NCBI GenBank assembly: GCA_015522685.1
Contig: WALU01000035.1
Span: forward strand, 1-64,000
DNA: 64,000 nucleotides
DNA from: Thermoproteota archaeon
GTDB taxonomy: Archaea > Korarchaeota > Korarchaeia > Korarchaeales > Korarchaeaceae
Direction of reading: 5' to 3'
Shown: positions 1 through 9,957 of the stretch, one piece after another
How the letters are laid out: each line of letters starts with the position of its first letter
Position numbering within the stretch: the stretch's first letter is position 1
Program-made: the position numbers and the translations under genes
Notes under the pieces: generated by a model
Database searches by the model: none
Told to the model about the DNA's origin: nothing
What the model saw: only the letters and a program-made list of their open reading frames with translations

Positions 1-35
1 ATATAAAAACATATATCCAATAGTTATATATAAAA

Positions 36-284
36 CTAAATCATATCCTTTCTCAGGTAAATGATCATCTTATTCTTCCAAATAGCGACTATTCTGTGAT
101 GAGGTATTACTCTTCCATCTTCTAGCATAATTCTATCGCTCATTACCTTTATTTTGTCTCCTAATACCTCCTCTAAATTATTGGGATTCCCTCTACTGAC
201 AAACACTATCCTATAGTTCTTAGGATTATTCCTTGGGTCCCACACCATTGATTCTAAGATACTCTTAACTTTGCCTTTCTTCAT
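36..284 (-). CDS. DUF504 / MJ1316-like RNA-repair domain protein
   Basis: 82 aa; 'WDP..P..YRIVF.SR' N-terminus and 'IPHHRIVAI' motif typical of DUF504. Confidence 0.75.
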   Translation of the reverse strand: MKKGKVKSILESMVWDPRNNPKNYRIVFVSRGNPNNLEEVLGDKIKVMSDRIMLEDGRVIPHHRIVAIWKNKMIIYLRKDMI

Positions 285-346
285 ACACTTATTATCCTAT
301 GAGCAAATTGTTTAATTAGATGGTGGATTCTTTCATTGGAGGAAAA

Positions 347-1066
347 ATGAGAGTATTTGCAGTCTCAGATGTCCATTCTCCTGTCTGGTTCAAAGATCTG
401 GAGAAAGCGGTCCATAGAATTGATGAAAAGGTAGATCTCCTACTCATTGCTGGCGATATGATAGATAGGGGAAATGTAAAGTATTATAGAAAGGTAGTAG
501 ACCTACTCTCTACATTAGAAGCTAGGATAATAGCTGTCTTTGGGAATGATGAGTATGATAGCTTAAAGGACGAAATTAAGGAGGAAAATCCAGAGGTAAT
601 GTTCTTAGATGATGAGTCTATAGTAATTGACATCGAGGGACTCAGAATAGGGTTAGTTGGTTCTAGGGGTAGCTTAGAGATGCCCACCACATGGCAGAAG
701 AGGAACATACCGGGAATAGATAAACTCTATAGCGACCGAGTCAGGCTCATAGGAAATCTCCTAATGAATTTAAGGGACAGGGTTGATATAGCTGTACTAC
801 TCACACATTATGCTACCACAAATAAGACTATGAGAGGAGAGAACCCTAGAGCTTGGAGGTACTTAGGCCACAGAGAGTTTGAGAGATATATGAGAGAAAG
901 ACTTGTTGATATAGCTATACATGGACACGTTCATAATGGTAAGAGAATGGCGGAGATTGGAAGTACCAAGGTTTACAATGTTGCTTTTCCTTTATGGTGG
1001 CACTTAGTGGAAATTGATCTGAAGAGAGAAAAGCAGGTATCTATGGAGGAATTCCTTTCGGGATAG
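347..1066 (+). CDS. Calcineurin-like metallophosphoesterase with C-terminal PIP-like motif
   Basis: SDVH, AGD, GNDE, TH and HGHVH motifs; SD GGAGG before ATG 347 (ORF track starts at 320). Confidence 0.85.
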   Translation: MRVFAVSDVHSPVWFKDLEKAVHRIDEKVDLLLIAGDMIDRGNVKYYRKVVDLLSTLEARIIAVFGNDEYDSLKDEIKEENPEVMFLDDESIVIDIEGLRIGLVGSRGSLEMPTTWQKRNIPGIDKLYSDRVRLIGNLLMNLRDRVDIAVLLTHYATTNKTMRGENPRAWRYLGHREFERYMRERLVDIAIHGHVHNGKRMAEIGSTKVYNVAFPLWWHLVEIDLKREKQVSMEEFLSG

Positions 1067-1108
1067 GCTATTTAAGTAAGCTAAGGGGCTTATAGAGGGG
1101 TCTCGTTA

Positions 1109-1825
1109 ATGAGATATAATAGGCAGATACCCCTTATAGGTGAAAAAGGACAGAAAAAGCTCAGATCTTCCTTGGTAGCAATAGTGGGGTTAGGGGGCAT
1201 AGGATCACCTTTAGCTCTCTATTTAGCAGAAGCTGGAGTCAATCTTCATTTGATAGATGGAGGCATAGTGAGCCTGAGCAATCTTAATCGGCAGATCTTA
1301 TACAGCGAAGAAGATATAGGTTTGCCTAAAGCACTAGTAGCTGAAAAAGAGGTTAGAAGGAGGAATAGAGAGGTAGAGGTAAAAGGATTCCCTCATAAGC
1401 TAAGAGAGGATAATATAGGAGAGTTACTTGAAGGAGCGGATCTAGTCTTGGATGCTACAGATAATTTTAATACCAGATACCTCATAAATGAATTTTGTGT
1501 CAAAAATAGAATACCCTTCATATATTCAGCCATATCTGGCTTTTATTTTGCCACCACTTTCATAGTTCCTGGTGAAACACCTTGCCTTTATTGCATATTC
1601 CCCAATGCTAAGGATGAGAAAGATATGCTTGTAATAGGAACTACCCCTGCTTATGTGTCATCAATAGCAGCGACAGAAGCCATAAAATACTTAGCTGGCA
1701 TTGAGCCTTCGTTAAAAGGTATCCTCTTTATAGGAGACCTGAGCATCATGGAATTCAGTAAAATAAGGGTAAAAAGAGATCCTAACTGCCCTGTATGCAG
1801 TTCATTAAATGGCTCTCAATCTTGA
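1109..1825 (+). CDS. ThiF/MoeB/UbaA family E1-like adenylyltransferase
   Basis: RYNRQI, GLGGIG, SNLNRQ, DATDNF, two CxxC Zn motifs. Confidence 0.9.
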   Translation: MRYNRQIPLIGEKGQKKLRSSLVAIVGLGGIGSPLALYLAEAGVNLHLIDGGIVSLSNLNRQILYSEEDIGLPKALVAEKEVRRRNREVEVKGFPHKLREDNIGELLEGADLVLDATDNFNTRYLINEFCVKNRIPFIYSAISGFYFATTFIVPGETPCLYCIFPNAKDEKDMLVIGTTPAYVSSIAATEAIKYLAGIEPSLKGILFIGDLSIMEFSKIRVKRDPNCPVCSSLNGSQS

Positions 1826-3345
1826 AGGTCCTCTATGGCTATATTCTCTCTAAGGAACTTCCTAGCTTTTTCAGGTAGGTTTGTTATCTTTACCCTCACT
1901 TGCTTCATAGTATCTCTGTCTCTCATGGTAACTGTATCATCCTCCATAGTTTGATGATCGACTGTAACGCAGATAGGTGTGCCTATTTCATCCATTCTCC
2001 TATAACGCCTTCCTATCGTACCGGATTCATCATAGAATGCTATAAAACCTTCTTTTATTAGCTCTCTATATATCTGCCTTGCTTTCTCAGGCATGCTGTC
2101 CTTCTTCATTAATGGGAAAGTGGCTATTTCTATGGGTGCTAGATATCTAGGAAGTTTAAGCCATGTTCTTTCACCATCTTCTCTATATGCTAGCATAAGT
2201 TCATGGAATAAAACTCTATCCAATCCTATGGATGGCTCATATAGGTGAGGCAAGATCTTCCTCCCTTCAGCGTCGGATACCCTCAGATCATTGCCAGATA
2301 CTTTCACATGACCGGATAGATCATAATCAGTCCTATATGTATTGTTTACGAGCTCAGTCCACCCTAGATCTTCTGTATACGCCTCTAGATCCCAGTGAGC
2401 CAAAGCATAATGGGCTTTTTCCCCTTCTATAAGCTCTCTGTACCTTATTCTCTCTAATGGAATCTTTAGAGATTCATTGAAGAACTTCTGATACAGGACT
2501 AGCCAGTAAGTAATTAGAGAATTTATTGTGTATCCACTCTCTAATGCCTCCCTAGCGGTCATCTCCACTATCTCTCCAATTTCTCTATCCTCCTTTCTGA
2601 GAAACCTTATCTTATAGTCTAAGTAAGGCTCTAACTTCTCTTTGTATATCCTATCTGGATCATCGGAATTGAAAAATATATGTATTTCGAGCTGCTGGAA
2701 TTCTCTCATCCTGATTAATGCCCTTCTAGGGGATATTTCGTTCCTGAATACCTTACCGACCTGGCCTAAGATGAAAGGCAGCCTTCCTCTCATAACGATA
2801 TAGGATTTTCTGAACTCGATCACGCTTCCCTGAGTTGTTTCTGGTCTTAAAGCAGCATTTGGTTCGTTAGCCTCAGCACCCACAGCGATTGTGAACATAA
2901 GATTGAATTTCTTTATCTCAGTCCACTTAGTTGAGCCGCACTTTGGGCATCTAATATTTTTTTCTTTGATTATCCTCATAAGTTCCTCATCAGATAGCCC
3001 TTCTAAATGCTCTTTTAGCCCCAATGACTCCTCAATAAGTTTATCAACCCTAAATCTAGAATGGCATCTCTTACATTCTATTAACTTATCAAAAAAGTGC
3101 TTTAGATGGCCTGAGGCTTCAAATACCTTAATCGGTAGTATATTAGGTGTCTCGATTTCATGAACTCCTTCTAAGAGGACTATTTTACTTCTCCATAAAG
3201 CAATTATCTTGTCTTTCATCCTTAGACCTAAGGGCCCATAGACGAAGAACCCTGCAGGTGCCCCTGCATATACATCTCTAGCTGATGGCCAGAAGAACCC
3301 TCTTCTATTAGCCAACTCAACAACCTTCTCGTATATATCCCTCAT
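1816..3345 (-). CDS. glyS: Glycine--tRNA ligase (alpha2 type)
   Basis: LRPETTQG, FRNEISPR, REFQQLEI, EPSIGLDR, IGRRYRRMDEIGTP anticodon-binding domain. Confidence 0.95.
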   Translation of the reverse strand: MRDIYEKVVELANRRGFFWPSARDVYAGAPAGFFVYGPLGLRMKDKIIALWRSKIVLLEGVHEIETPNILPIKVFEASGHLKHFFDKLIECKRCHSRFRVDKLIEESLGLKEHLEGLSDEELMRIIKEKNIRCPKCGSTKWTEIKKFNLMFTIAVGAEANEPNAALRPETTQGSVIEFRKSYIVMRGRLPFILGQVGKVFRNEISPRRALIRMREFQQLEIHIFFNSDDPDRIYKEKLEPYLDYKIRFLRKEDREIGEIVEMTAREALESGYTINSLITYWLVLYQKFFNESLKIPLERIRYRELIEGEKAHYALAHWDLEAYTEDLGWTELVNNTYRTDYDLSGHVKVSGNDLRVSDAEGRKILPHLYEPSIGLDRVLFHELMLAYREDGERTWLKLPRYLAPIEIATFPLMKKDSMPEKARQIYRELIKEGFIAFYDESGTIGRRYRRMDEIGTPICVTVDHQTMEDDTVTMRDRDTMKQVRVKITNLPEKARKFLRENIAIEDLQD

Positions 3346-3904
3346 TTTTAACAACCCATTCTATAACATCTCCAGGAACTCCTGCTTCCTCAAGAATTCT
3401 AATGACGTAATCATATCCTTCCTCAGCTAGATATTTCGTGAAAAAATATCTCACAGTTTCGGCATATTCCCAGAAGTAGATCACCCATGCCTCCGTTTCT
3501 TCAGAATAGAAGTCTGGTTTTATCTTACTCCATGGCTTATAATGCATTGTGGCTATCCTAACCTCCTCTGCCCCCCTTTCCAATAGATGCTGCTTTGCTA
3601 CAATGAGGCTTTCACCAGTATCAGCTACATCATCTACCAGTAGGACTTTCTTTCCATCAAGCCTAGTAGGTAGTGGCTCCACCACTTCAGCTCCTTCTTT
3701 CAGATCTAATGCGTTATAGTGAATGGCTCTTATGCTTCTTATATCTCTAATATCAAGAAAGTCGCTAAGGAGTCTAGCTACCACGACTCCTCCCCTTAAT
3801 ATAGCTACTATAGTATCAGGCCTGAATCCTGAATCGATTAGTTGATCAGCTAATCTCCTAGCATAGACTAGTGCATCCTCTGGGCTGACATGAAGGAATC
3901 TCAT
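3317..3904 (-). CDS. Type I phosphoribosyltransferase (purine PRT-like)
   Basis: VLLVDDVADTGES PRPP loop; RGG; WVIYFWE. Confidence 0.9.
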   Translation of the reverse strand: MRFLHVSPEDALVYARRLADQLIDSGFRPDTIVAILRGGVVVARLLSDFLDIRDIRSIRAIHYNALDLKEGAEVVEPLPTRLDGKKVLLVDDVADTGESLIVAKQHLLERGAEEVRIATMHYKPWSKIKPDFYSEETEAWVIYFWEYAETVRYFFTKYLAEEGYDYVIRILEEAGVPGDVIEWVVKNEGYIREGC

Positions 3905-3907
3905 GTT

Positions 3908-4204
3908 TCACACCTCTGGACATTTGCAGGGTATGGAGCCGCATTTAGGGCAGCCTTCTCCATACCTTTCCAAAAAAGCTTCTTCTAAATTGATAGATAG
4001 GAGATCAGATATACTTAAGAGCCAAGCTAATACATCAGCTAATTCTTCTCTTAGATTGCCTTCATCATTCGATCTCAAAGCCCTGAAGAGTTCTCCCATT
4101 TCCTCTCCTAGATGAAGAGCTGTCCCTCTAATACCTCTTCCCCTGTCTTTCTCGCCATATATCTCTCTTATAAGTTCTTGAGCCTCGGATATCCTCATTG
4201 GCAT
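3908..4204 (-). CDS. MazG-like nucleotide pyrophosphohydrolase with C-terminal Zn ribbon
   Basis: EEMGEL...EELADVLAW; CPKCGSIPCKC. Confidence 0.85.
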   Translation of the reverse strand: MPMRISEAQELIREIYGEKDRGRGIRGTALHLGEEMGELFRALRSNDEGNLREELADVLAWLLSISDLLSINLEEAFLERYGEGCPKCGSIPCKCPEV

Positions 4205-4213
4205 TACCTGCTC

Positions 4214-4375
4214 TTAGATCAAGTGCAGAGTTATTATAGCGACTCCGGTAAGGATAGATAGTAATACAGGAAACCATTTAGGAATTTTCAGACCTCCTGC
4301 TTCATCAGTACTGAATGTAAGGATGCCAGCAACAGACATTGGCATGAAATTCTTGTCTTTCTTCCTCTTAGGCAT
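4214..4375 (-). CDS. secG: Preprotein translocase subunit Sec61beta/SecG (below ORF-track cutoff)
   Basis: Translated by hand: MPKRKKDKNFMPMSVAGILTFSTDEAGGLKIPKWFPVLLSILTGVAIITLHLI*; basic N-terminus, 'AGIL.F...E..GLKI.P' motif, single C-terminal TM; SD GGAGGAGG upstream. Confidence 0.85.
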   Translation of the reverse strand: MPKRKKDKNFMPMSVAGILTFSTDEAGGLKIPKWFPVLLSILTGVAIITLHLI

Positions 4376-4438
4376 ACTCCTCCTCCACCATCGTTGAAGA
4401 ATAGCACACTAATAAATTTGCAATGGAGATAATGTCTA

Positions 4439-5365
4439 ATGAAGATAAGATTCAACAATGGTATAGAACTCCTCTGCGGACAGAAACTACTATTAGATCC
4501 AATGAGGACTGTTAATGGTATTCCAGTTCTTATATCTCATGCTCACTCGGATCATATACCTAAGGACGTGAGGAGATCAAGAAGCAGACTGTTTACTACC
4601 CAAGGTACAGCTGATATTATAGCTAGAAGATATAATGCTAATGGATTCGAGATACTTAACTTCAATGAAAGGCGAAGCCTTGGGGAAATTGATATATATC
4701 CGTACCCTGCAGGTCATATCTATGGATCTGCTGGTTTTCTGATAAATTGCGAGGGTAAATCCATTTTCTATACGGGGGATATAAATCCTTATGGTGGTCT
4801 TACAGTAGAAAGGCCTGCTGAAGTCCCAGATGCAGATGTACTTGTAATAGAATCTACTTACGGGTCCTCAAAGTACAGGTTTCCCAATCCCCAGAGAGTT
4901 AGGCTGGAGATAGCTAAATGGGCCGCCGAAGAAGTTTATAAGGGAAATTCTCCAACAATAGAAGCTTATTTAGTCGGTAAATCCCAAGAGGTAATAGCAT
5001 TACTCAATAAGTACACTAATGTAGAGATTGTAGTATCCGAGAATATAGCTAAGGTGAGTACCCCTCTTAAGGAGAGATTTAACCTAAAATACAGCCTTAG
5101 CTCTGAGGAACCCCATGTTTTAATTACGCATAGAGCCAAATCAAGAAGGAAAGCTAGAGTGACGGGATGGGTCCTTTTCTCAAGTAGGAGGGAGGATTTC
5201 CCACTAAGTGCCCATGCAGACTTCGATGGACTTGTGAATATCGTCGCAAGATCTAGCCCAAGTAAGGTATTGACCGTATACGGTTTCAGTAAGGAGTTCG
5301 CTAATTGGTTGAAAAAATGGGGGATTAATGCAGAGCCTTTAGGTAAAGAATGGGTTGAATTATAG
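4439..5365 (+). CDS. Metallo-beta-lactamase/beta-CASP family nuclease
   Basis: SHAHSDH, AGHIYGS, YTGD, ESTYG, LSAHADF. Confidence 0.85.
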   Translation: MKIRFNNGIELLCGQKLLLDPMRTVNGIPVLISHAHSDHIPKDVRRSRSRLFTTQGTADIIARRYNANGFEILNFNERRSLGEIDIYPYPAGHIYGSAGFLINCEGKSIFYTGDINPYGGLTVERPAEVPDADVLVIESTYGSSKYRFPNPQRVRLEIAKWAAEEVYKGNSPTIEAYLVGKSQEVIALLNKYTNVEIVVSENIAKVSTPLKERFNLKYSLSSEEPHVLITHRAKSRRKARVTGWVLFSSRREDFPLSAHADFDGLVNIVARSSPSKVLTVYGFSKEFANWLKKWGINAEPLGKEWVEL

Positions 5366-5374
5366 GTAGATAAG

Positions 5375-5872
5375 TCACTTTTTCTTAGTGGTTATCCCTG
5401 GTATCTCCTCAGGTACAACAGAGGGTCTCTCCTTCACGGTCTCAAGAACTAAGGAAGTATTGGTATCTCTGAGGCCGGATATGCTCTGGATCTTTCGTAG
5501 TATATCGTTAAGCTCCGATTGATTTCCTGCAATGACCTTGAGAACGACATCAAATTGCCCAGTTATCTCATGTACCTCCAAAACAGAGTTACCAAGCAAC
5601 CCAGTTACCTTCTTAGCCACATCAGTGTGCTTACCAGGTTCTGTCTCAAGCAATATTATATATTTATTTCCCTTCCCAAGTTTAGCGTGATCGACAAGAG
5701 CAGTGTAGCCCCTTACTATACCAAGTTCCTCGAGCTTCCTAACTTTCTTCATAACTCCAGCTGGACTCATCCCAAGCTCTCTAGCTATCTGAGTATATGT
5801 AACTCTACCATTCTCTACCAGTTTCCTCAATATTTCTATCTCTTTTGCGGTAATACCTTTTACTCTAGGCAT
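5375..5872 (-). CDS. Lrp/AsnC family transcriptional regulator
   Basis: N-terminal HTH (IARELGMS...KVRKLEELGIVRGY) plus RAM domain (EVHEITGQFD); ATG 5872 preferred over the track start. Confidence 0.9.
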   Translation of the reverse strand: MPRVKGITAKEIEILRKLVENGRVTYTQIARELGMSPAGVMKKVRKLEELGIVRGYTALVDHAKLGKGNKYIILLETEPGKHTDVAKKVTGLLGNSVLEVHEITGQFDVVLKVIAGNQSELNDILRKIQSISGLRDTNTSLVLETVKERPSVVPEEIPGITTKKK

Positions 5873-5992
5873 AGGATAACACCCCCACAAAGCCGTCCTA
5901 TAGGAATACGGAGTCTAACATATGACTCCTTGTCACTTTACTATCACTTGAATAAAAAGATTTTTGCTTTATGACGGGATGGTGTTATAGAA

Positions 5993-7672
5993 GTGAGGTA
6001 TAATGCAATCCTAAATATTGCCACTGAGAGGAGTAAAAATCTTTTTACGCTCCCAAGCATTTATATAGCATTATTATTTAATATTTTTGCAATTTTACTT
6101 CCTTACTCATGGTTTTATGTATTAGAACTTCGCTTGCTTGCTCTAGAATACGCAATTTTGGTATCAATATTCTTTATGGTATCCCTTGTAATGATCTGGA
6201 GAAGCGCACCCTATCTCGATACTAGGAGATCCATGTGGAGCGGTTTCTTTGTAATCTTACCTCTGGTTGCAGGCTCTCTTTTAGAGATAATTCATATTCC
6301 TTTCTATTCTATGATTTATACTTCTATTTTCCTTGCATCTTTAATATCATGGTCATTAGGAGAGGGAATTAGACCAAGGATTTTACCAATAGTTCTCTCA
6401 GTGATCACTTTGTTCATGAGCAAGTTTCCTGTGATCACTTTCGTATTCTCTGTAACGGCAGTTATATCAGCATATTTAGTTGGAAAGGTTATTGGAAAAA
6501 TTTCTGAACCTGTGTTGGGCTTTAAGGATTTTGATAGTGTTAAGGCATTAGCTGAAATAGTTCTAAGTGGATCAGGTCGGAAGCTTGAGCGATCTATAGA
6601 GGAGAGGGGTATTAAGGGACTAGCTAAGTATAATCTAATAAAGCTGGGAGATTTAGCCTTGGTTACAGCAGATATTCATCCTGGTCCATTTAAGATGGGA
6701 AGCTACAACGCTCCTGGCAAGATAGTTAATTCTTTTAGCAATAATGGAGTGAGATCCATATTCCTCAGGAGAGCTTGCTCTCATGAGAGGAACCTTGCTT
6801 CCAGCAAATATCTAGATAAATTAATTGACAGTATGCTCAAGAGCCTAAAAAATGCTGATTCGTGCTGCGTCAGCGCCCCCGTTTTTACTACGACTAAGAG
6901 TTTTGAGCTAAGTGCTCAAAGGTTCGGTAATATTATACTCTTCACAGTCTCAGGACATCCTTTAGTAAGCTTTGAGGATATACCTCATGAGATAGAGGAG
7001 ATCGTTTCAAGAGAGCTGGGCGTTAATGTATCTATAATTGATCGGCATGATTCTCTCCTGCCTGATAGGTATGAGATGGCTTTTCCAGATACAGAAATAG
7101 GGAAAGAACTTTTGAATGGCCTAATATTGCTGGGCAGACGTGTTCTGACTGAAAGGTGCTATGAGAAGGTAGAGGTCGGGTATGCAGAAGATTATCCTAA
7201 CTGGAAGAGCATCGGAAGTGGGGGGGTAAGAGTAGCGAGCGTTAAAACTCAAGATTGGATCGTTTCTTACCTCTCCATAGATGGTAATAATATGGTACCT
7301 GAGCTCAGAGATGAGTTAGATAAGATGGTACCTGAGAGTGTTAGTCTCATAGTGGCAACTACAGATACCCATGAGGTTCTCTCGACTAAAGTAACCTATA
7401 ATCCTGTGGGAAGTACATGCAGAGACAGAGATAGTAACTGCCTGAAAGAGAGAGCATCCCATCTTATAGGGTTAGTTAGGGAATCTCTAAGGCCAATAAC
7501 CTCTGTAAAAATTAGGTGTTATAAAGGAGAGGAGGAGGTTGTCTTCATAGGAAGAGATCTCATGGTCATGTTATCTCTACTAATGAGAGCCAGTGAGATA
7601 GCTAAGTATCTGATAGCACTCTCTCTAATGCCCCAAATTTTAATTCTTTTATGGACTCTATCGATAAGGTAA
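5993..7672 (+). CDS. DUF2070 family membrane protein
   Basis: N-terminal TM helices; IHPGPF, SHERN, IDRHD, DGNNM and TTDTH motifs. Confidence 0.75.
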   Translation: MRYNAILNIATERSKNLFTLPSIYIALLFNIFAILLPYSWFYVLELRLLALEYAILVSIFFMVSLVMIWRSAPYLDTRRSMWSGFFVILPLVAGSLLEIIHIPFYSMIYTSIFLASLISWSLGEGIRPRILPIVLSVITLFMSKFPVITFVFSVTAVISAYLVGKVIGKISEPVLGFKDFDSVKALAEIVLSGSGRKLERSIEERGIKGLAKYNLIKLGDLALVTADIHPGPFKMGSYNAPGKIVNSFSNNGVRSIFLRRACSHERNLASSKYLDKLIDSMLKSLKNADSCCVSAPVFTTTKSFELSAQRFGNIILFTVSGHPLVSFEDIPHEIEEIVSRELGVNVSIIDRHDSLLPDRYEMAFPDTEIGKELLNGLILLGRRVLTERCYEKVEVGYAEDYPNWKSIGSGGVRVASVKTQDWIVSYLSIDGNNMVPELRDELDKMVPESVSLIVATTDTHEVLSTKVTYNPVGSTCRDRDSNCLKERASHLIGLVRESLRPITSVKIRCYKGEEEVVFIGRDLMVMLSLLMRASEIAKYLIALSLMPQILILLWTLSIR

Positions 7673-7704
7673 GGTTTATCTAGAGGTTGGTCGTCATTAG
7701 CTAC

Positions 7705-7778
7705 GGGCCCGTAGCTCAGTATGGAAGAGCACCCGGCTTTTAACCGGGGGGTCGCGGGTTCAAATCCCGTCGGGCTCG
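7705..7778 (+). tRNA. tRNA-Lys(UUU)
   Basis: GGGCCCG/CGGGCTC acceptor stem, CCCGG-CT-TTT-AA-CCGGG anticodon arm, GGTTCAAATCC T-loop. Confidence 0.95.
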
Positions 7779-8323
7779 CTAATTTTTAATTGAATCTTTA
7801 TATTTATGTACAGGCTAACTTCTTCTATCTTTAATCTTATTGTCTAATGCTCATATCTAGGATATGCTGTTGCTACTGAAGGCTCAGCTATTATAAATAA
7901 GATACAGCTTTATTTTACTTTAGGTTATCTATATTCTAGCTGAGTTAAGCATATTTGTAAAAATAAACTTTTAATTCATTATATTATGCCGATGAAATAT
8001 AGCCTAAACTTATGACCGTTATTATCAGTGCAAATAATATACTTAGATAGCGTATTTTTAATATTATCAGGAGGAGACCTTATAGAGTTGAATGCCTTAG
8101 CAGTTAATGTATATCCTTATTGCGATCTAATAAGGTGTACTCTTTCTCTATTAAATCCTTGATAACGTTTCTTATCTCTTATCAGATATCTTAGTAATAG
8201 ATGATAATTTACTAAAAGATTTGCTTAATTTTAGAGATAATTTTTGTTCTTATTTTCATATAAGTATCTCGCATTAGTGAGAACTGCAACGATAGGATCT
8301 TTAACTAATGCCATACGTTAAAT

Positions 8324-8725
8324 ATGGAATCATCATCCACTAAGAGAGGAGGTTCATTGAAGGAGCTAAGGAAGGCCAAAGAGCTGATAGATAGCGCTGC
8401 TCAGGATATAAGGAGGGGGGATTCTATAAGCTTCTTAGAATCCATTAAAAAATCAATGATCCTCTCGCTCAAGGCATGCCTCTCAAAACTGGGTATTCCT
8501 TCTCTCTCCGATTATAACAATGTGTTAAAGCTGTATCTTATGATTCCTCGTATATATAGACCTTATATAGGCGAGCCAGAGCTGGAGAATTTCGAGTTCA
8601 AGTACAATCTAATAATATCTAATGAAATGGGAGCCATTAATGTAGATGAGAGGTTTCTTGATGCAAGCCAAGAACTTGCTGAGAAGATATACTCCTGGGC
8701 TGAGGTCTTAATAGAAGAGTTATAA
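8324..8725 (+). CDS. HEPN-like helical domain protein (degenerate, no MNT partner seen)
   Basis: 'LRKAKELIDSA..DI.RGD......S...SLKA.L..LG' and C-terminal 'A.ELAEKIY.WA' pattern. Confidence 0.55.
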   Translation: MESSSTKRGGSLKELRKAKELIDSAAQDIRRGDSISFLESIKKSMILSLKACLSKLGIPSLSDYNNVLKLYLMIPRIYRPYIGEPELENFEFKYNLIISNEMGAINVDERFLDASQELAEKIYSWAEVLIEEL

Positions 8726-8730
8726 AGAAA

Positions 8731-9957
8731 TTACTCGAATCTCAGAGCTTTAGCAGGTTCTAGTCTTGCAGCTTGAAGGGCAGGAGGTAAAGCTCCCAGT
8801 ATCGTGATAAGCAATGTAACTCCCGCTATTGCTGCAGCATGCTCTGGTAAAAGGATAGGGGCTACTGAAAATGTAGTGGTGCGAGGACCTCCCATCTCTC
8901 TAGGACCCATAATCATAGCGAGAAGAAGCGATGTCCCGTATCCAAGTAGCATTCCAGATATTATAGCAATGCTACTCATTAAAACCCCTTCAAAGAGGAA
9001 TGATAGAGATATATCCCTCTGAGAAGCTCCCATTGCCCTCATTACTCCTATTATTCTCGTCCTCTCAGTCACAGCTGTGAACATTGCATTCATTATGCCT
9101 ATTGAGGCCACAACTATGGTCATTGCAGCTATAGCTCCCAAGACGAGAAGAGACATATTAACGACAGCATCCAGCTGCTTTTGAACGTCTTTCATAGCTA
9201 TTGGGAATGCTATATCTCCATATTCATCGCTAAGCTGATCTATAACGTAATCCACGCTATTCATATTATCGGCTATTATTGCCAAGATTGTATATCCCTT
9301 TTCCCCCGTGAGCTTCACATAGAGCCTTGTAGCATAATCTATAGGAGCAAGAACGGATCTATCTACATCAGCCACGATAGAGGTCCCGTAGGGGGCTAAT
9401 ATTCCATATATCCTAGGCCTTGTAGTTAGGATGTTATCAAAGGAGAATTTAGCGCCCAGCCCTATTAGGTCTCCCATTTCATCCGATGGAATTTCTTCAA
9501 GTAATTTTGAGCCTAATATTACTGCTTCTTCCTTCTGATTTGATGGCCAATCACCATACATTAGCTTTATTCCTGGAAAAATATCTTCCACATAATTCAT
9601 GTCTATTCCCATTATCACATAGGTTTTCGACTTACCTAAGAGGGTAGAGTTCATGGGGATCCTTATTAGAGGCATAACTGTCTCCACTCCATCCATGTCT
9701 TCTATTTTGCTTATATCTATGTCATTAAAGCTTTTTTCCCTAGTCGTCAGGTATATGAGCCTCATGCTGCTTCCCTTGAATATGTCCTTCAAGGCAAAAC
9801 CGTAGCCCGTAGCGAATGATATAACAGCCGTCAATGTTAATACTCCTAAGAATATTCCTAGCAATGTCAGGGTTGCTCTTTTCCTTCTACTCATCATGGC
9901 TTTAAAGGAGAATCGTATTATATCACGGAACTTCAACCTCTTTAGACCTCCTTCCAA
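8731..9957 (-). CDS. MacB/FtsX-family ABC transporter permease
   Basis: GIMNAMFTAVTERTRIIGVMRAMGA; PALQAARLEPAKALRFE. Confidence 0.9.
   Translation of the reverse strand: MEGGLKRLKFRDIIRFSFKAMMSRRKRATLTLLGIFLGVLTLTAVISFATGYGFALKDIFKGSSMRLIYLTTREKSFNDIDISKIEDMDGVETVMPLIRIPMNSTLLGKSKTYVIMGIDMNYVEDIFPGIKLMYGDWPSNQKEEAVILGSKLLEEIPSDEMGDLIGLGAKFSFDNILTTRPRIYGILAPYGTSIVADVDRSVLAPIDYATRLYVKLTGEKGYTILAIIADNMNSVDYVIDQLSDEYGDIAFPIAMKDVQKQLDAVVNMSLLVLGAIAAMTIVVASIGIMNAMFTAVTERTRIIGVMRAMGASQRDISLSFLFEGVLMSSIAIISGMLLGYGTSLLLAMIMGPREMGGPRTTTFSVAPILLPEHAAAIAGVTLLITILGALPPALQAARLEPAKALRFE

Noticed and set aside
7291-7336. ATGGTACCTGAG repeated twice in the DUF2070 gene
   Set aside because: A short coding repeat (MVPE) with no further copies.
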